From a virus (Duplodnaviria; Caudoviricetes), in the IMG/VR virus record IMGVR_UViG_3300011989_000009, positions 1 through 64,000 of that record: a stretch of 64,000 nt of DNA; one strand, given 5' to 3'. The notes under the pieces are model-generated. The model worked only from the letters and a program-made list of their open reading frames with translations. It made no database searches and was not told the origin of the DNA. Within the stretch, counting starts at the first letter, position 1. Every line of letters begins with the position of its first letter. A program made the translations under genes and the position numbers. Shown here one piece after another: positions 60,503 to 64,000 of the stretch.

Positions 60503-60913
60503 CTACTCTATATCATCTTTCTTCGTATGGCCGTAGCCAAAGAAATGATGTACAGTACCATAACCATACTCCACACCCAATGCTACCGTCCACATCAGGA
60601 AGAAACCCATGAGGAAAAAATGGAAGCCCTTCCAGTAGAGCTGTGACAACACACCGAAGAGCACCATCATCGTCAGGCGTGCGATTGCCTCGACACCGTA
60701 GTCCTTCGAGAAGATACGTTGCAACCATGCCTGCTCATCATGCGGTACTGTACCATGGTCATACTCCCAGGACAAAAGTCCGGCTGAGAAGATAGCCCCA
60801 GCGAAGCAACCGATCGTCAACGGCCATCCGCCGACATAAGGACGGACGAAAACGGCTTCTATAATAAGGAGACCGAGCATCACGGCGTTGAGTATAGTGA
60901 GATATTTGTTCAT
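60503..60913 (-). CDS. Membrane protein
   Basis: Multiple hydrophobic segments. Confidence 0.7.
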   Translation of the reverse strand: MNKYLTILNAVMLGLLIIEAVFVRPYVGGWPLTIGCFAGAIFSAGLLSWEYDHGTVPHDEQAWLQRIFSKDYGVEAIARLTMMVLFGVLSQLYWKGFHFFLMGFFLMWTVALGVEYGYGTVHHFFGYGHTKKDDIE

Positions 60914-61069
60914 CTACCAAAGTTTATCTTTGTTTCATCGGCAAAATTAAAGATAAACTTTGAATTGACAAAATAAAATTGCCGTTATTTCTAAGTTGAA
61001 CTTCATTTTTCTTTCATCTGACCATTTTTCGCTCTTTCTTATAAGTTTTCCTCATCCTCCACCCAAAAA

Positions 61070-61570
61070 TCACCCTCGAAATCCCTTCAAGGAGATTTCA
61101 GGGAGATTTTAGGGAAATCAAGGAGATTTTGACCTTTAACAAATGTGAAATCTCCCTGACTTGGGTCGATTAACATTTGTTAGTAAGGACGTTTTTGCCT
61201 TGTAAGGACGCTCAAAGATGCAAAAAGACGTTCTAAAGAAAAACGTCTTTGATGTTTTTTCGCTGAAAATCAACACATTACGGATGTCAAGGACGTTTTA
61301 ACACTTTTTTCTTATAAACTTTCTCGCACGTAAGAAAAAAAAATTAAGGAGAAAAAATAATATATATATACAGATTTGCCGCTCATTCGCTTACTATATT
61401 AGTCCATAATCTATTGAAAATGATAAGGATAAAGGCGGTAGCCGTATATAGATACCATTAAGAAAAAAGGGAACGGGGAAACGAAAAAAGTAACTTTTCT
61501 GAACAACGAAAAATTTTCTATGGGGGAGAGGTTTAGAAAAATCTCCCTAAAATCTCCTTGAAACGTCCTT
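61070..61570. other. Putative replication origin
   Basis: Non-coding and AT-rich, with direct/inverted GGAGATTT and AAGGACG repeats; near the primase. Confidence 0.45.
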
Positions 61571-61870
61571 GACCGGCGCGAATGTCAGTGTTTATGGGCA
61601 TCCGCGATAAGGATGTAAAGAAACAAGAATCTCCTTACCAAAGTTGAAACGTCTCTGAGAGATGACCGAAAAGTGGTTTTGAGGACGGAAATAAGGAGGC
61701 ATAGGGCGAAAATGAGGAAAAATGGCAGAAGCCCGAAAATTTTTCGCGGTAGGGACTTGGAGAATGAAAAACCGCTTGAACTTGTCGAGGAATTCGATAA
61801 GTTCAAGCGGCTGTAACGTGTTGTTTTGGGATATGAGTGATAAACTATACCCTTATTGCGAGAGAGGGCA

Positions 61871-63205
61871 TCAGAGGGCTCTTTCTATCACGAGAGAGGC
61901 ATTGGTGCCACCGAAGCCAAAGTTGTTGAGCAACGCTGTTGTTATCTTTGCCGACTGAGGGGTGTGGGGTATGTTAAGATGACGAGCGGCGGGGATGGGA
62001 TTCTCTAAGTTGATGTTTGGTGAGACGAACTCGCCCCTCATCTGCATGATGGTATAGACGACTTGTGAGACGCCAGACATCCAACACTCGTGACCCGTCA
62101 GACACTTCGTGGCAACGACGTAAGGGCGTGCATATACTTCTTTTTCCGTATGCTTGCTGCCAATAAAGGTATCACACATACATGTGATTGCTTTTGCCTC
62201 GGCTTCGTCACCCTCAACAGTGCCAGTGGCATGTGCCATCACCATATCAATATCAGAGAAGAGCATATCAGCGTCATTACAGGCTGCGCACATCGTATGA
62301 ACATAGCTGGCGTCATCAGGCTTGATGATAGAGTCGGATGTGGAATAACCATACCCGGAAACAACGGCGAGGGCAGGAATAGCCTCGGCAATCTTCGGGC
62401 GGTAGGTGTACAAAGCCATACGGTCGTGAAGAAACATCGGTGGCGAACAACGCTCCATGACGATGGCAGCAGCACCGCCGGAGGGCACAAGACCATCGTG
62501 CTTCTCGTCGAAGGGACGGGAGGCATGGACAGGATCATCAGACTGAGAGAAGATACCCAGTGAGTCGAAAGCCCACGAGCTGACGACATCATCTTCCTGG
62601 GCACCGACGACGATGCAGCGGTTCACTGCCCCACTCTCGATGAGCGTCTTGGCCAGTCCTACAGCATGACCGCCACCGGCACAGGCGGCAGAGACGGAAA
62701 GCGTAAGGCCACGGATATGAAAGAACTGCGATAGGGTCATACTCACGTTGCTGTTGAGCGTCTTGAAAACGCTGTAACCGCCTAAAGCCCGCGTGTCGTT
62801 GACCTCACTCATAATATCACCGATCTGCACGGTCTCTGCGATGGCACTGTCTGACGACACGATAAGGGCGGAACTGGACAAATCTACGTCCGTGAGTTTT
62901 GCTTGCTCCACAGCCTCGCCAACGGCCATTGCTGCCCATATTGCCTGCTCGGTCATAGCCTTACGGACGGCTTGGGAAACGTGATACTTCTTTATCAGTT
63001 CCTTCCATCTCGCTGCGTCTTCCGAGGTTCTGTTAGCAACAACGCCCATCAGACTGCTCTGATAGCCGTTTGCCTCACGCAAATCTGAACGGGAGAGACC
63101 GCTCTGACCATTCGCGAGATGCTGAGCTACCTTGTTCAAGCCGATACCAATACACGAACAGATACCCATGCCCGTGATCCCTGCTATTCTTTTGTCTTGT
63201 CGCAT
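61871..63205 (-). CDS. Beta-ketoacyl-ACP synthase (FabB/FabF-like)
   Basis: SAACAGG catalytic Cys, AHATGT, GHECWMSG, NNFGFGGTNASL. Confidence 0.92.
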   Translation of the reverse strand: MRQDKRIAGITGMGICSCIGIGLNKVAQHLANGQSGLSRSDLREANGYQSSLMGVVANRTSEDAARWKELIKKYHVSQAVRKAMTEQAIWAAMAVGEAVEQAKLTDVDLSSSALIVSSDSAIAETVQIGDIMSEVNDTRALGGYSVFKTLNSNVSMTLSQFFHIRGLTLSVSAACAGGGHAVGLAKTLIESGAVNRCIVVGAQEDDVVSSWAFDSLGIFSQSDDPVHASRPFDEKHDGLVPSGGAAAIVMERCSPPMFLHDRMALYTYRPKIAEAIPALAVVSGYGYSTSDSIIKPDDASYVHTMCAACNDADMLFSDIDMVMAHATGTVEGDEAEAKAITCMCDTFIGSKHTEKEVYARPYVVATKCLTGHECWMSGVSQVVYTIMQMRGEFVSPNINLENPIPAARHLNIPHTPQSAKITTALLNNFGFGGTNASLVIERAL

Positions 63206-63462
63206 ATACTTGGTTTTAAAGTTAATAACACGTCGGCAATATCGCCGACCGTCTTAATGTTTCCCAGTTGCTCTCTCGACACCTTTACTTTGAAGTGCGT
63301 CTCGACAACCAACACAATATCGATTTTGGCGAGAGAGTCAAAACCTAATTCCTCCAAGGTGGTGCTTTCTGTATGTTCCACCTTCTCTTCCGGCGCAAAC
63401 TCCGGCTCCAGCCGTTGCAGAATGAGCTGGAAAAGATCATCTATCAATTCTGGACGTGTCAT
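63184..63462 (-). CDS. Acyl carrier protein (second, divergent)
   Basis: TLEELGFDSLAKIDIV; overlaps the ketosynthase start. Confidence 0.85.
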   Translation of the reverse strand: MTRPELIDDLFQLILQRLEPEFAPEEKVEHTESTTLEELGFDSLAKIDIVLVVETHFKVKVSREQLGNIKTVGDIADVLLTLKPSICDKTKE

Positions 63463-63602
63463 AATGTATATTCTATTAAAATACAATGTGGGCACTTGAA
63501 GTCAGTACTCCGAAGCGAGGGAGAGATTGTTTTCCACCCCCCCCCAGATGATTGCCACTCAAAAGAATGACTGACTATGTTCACACCCACTTTAAAGTTC
63601 AT
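63459..63602 (-). CDS. Poly-G mini-ORF (47 aa, G9, in frame)
   Basis: MNFKVGVNIVSHSFEWQSSGGGWKTISPSLRSTDFKCPHCILIEYTL*. Confidence 0.6.
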   Translation of the reverse strand: MNFKVGVNIVSHSFEWQSSGGGWKTISPSLRSTDFKCPHCILIEYTL

Positions 63603-63771
63603 ACTCTATAATGATTTTACCTACATGCGCAATCGTCAATGTTGCCATTGGATTACGCACGTTTATTAACTGCATCTCGCTTACCCCCCCCTGACGCTCA
63701 TCACCCGTAAAAAAGCGAATATTGCCATTCGGAAGCCAATGAGCGAAGATGCCACATTTCCTTGCTTTCAT
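63592..63771 (-). CDS. Poly-G mini-ORF (59 aa, G8, in frame)
   Basis: MKARKCGIFAHWLPNGNIRFFTGDERQGGVSEMQLINVRNPMATLTIAHVGKIIIEYEL*. Confidence 0.6.
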   Translation of the reverse strand: MKARKCGIFAHWLPNGNIRFFTGDERQGGVSEMQLINVRNPMATLTIAHVGKIIIEYEL

Positions 63772-63909
63772 AATTCGTACTCTATAAAAAGCATTGCATT
63801 TTTCTGACTGCTTGTAAGCGCATTCGAGAACGACACACTGCCAAGTTCAAGTTGCTGATACGTTTTACCACCCCCCCCTACCACGCAAAGCGCAACACAT
63901 ATATATCAT
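63768..63909 (-). pseudogene. Poly-G mini-ORF frameshifted at G8 (phase OFF)
   Basis: MIYMCCALRGRGG then stop. G7 restores ..GKTYQQLELGSVSFSNALTSSQKNAMLFIEYEL*. Confidence 0.6.
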
Positions 63910-64000
63910 AGTTCATAATTTATTAATATTTTAGGTTTGTCAATATCATGGCCTTGCCCCCCCAATTACGGCAGGAGATATACCAAAACGAGAGACAACT
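63906..64000 (-). pseudogene. Poly-G mini-ORF frameshifted at G7 (partial, phase OFF)
   Basis: ..VVSRFGISPAVIGG then premature stop. G6 or G9 restores ..QGHDIDKPKILINYEL*. Confidence 0.55.

Overview
This window is about 64 kb of a tailed phage or prophage from a Bacteroidota host, probably Prevotella-like. The host call rests on many TAnnTTTG -7 promoter boxes and AT-rich translation starts without Shine-Dalgarno sites. Almost all genes are on the minus strand. Reading right to left along that strand, the window contains: (1) an array of translationally coupled ~50-aa ORFs, each with a poly-G tract; (2) an ACP and ketosynthase, a putative origin, primase, MazG, ASCH, a second ACP, a probable anti-defence sponge fusion, radical SAM, PAPS-reductase-like and guanylate kinase genes; (3) a morphogenesis module with protease/scaffold, capsid, tail tube, terminase and tail proteins; (4) a complete diversity-generating retroelement (RT, 115-bp TR, and a VR with 11 of 11 adenine-specific changes) that lacks avd; (5) lysin, holin and portal; (6) an XRE regulator, repeat arrays, and an early region of cassette-like genes with repeated promoters and leader hairpins. 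The most unusual features are four. First, a duplicated cassette in which a C4-like antisense RNA, showing compensatory changes between copies, precedes a small ORF and a transposase-less TnpB. Second, a poly-G phase-variable array of mini-ORFs resembling C5-methyltransferase target-recognition modules. Third, an avd-less DGR whose RT has a fused C-terminal domain. Fourth, a second, orphan DGR-like variable region. Family names are from motif recognition only; no database searches were run.
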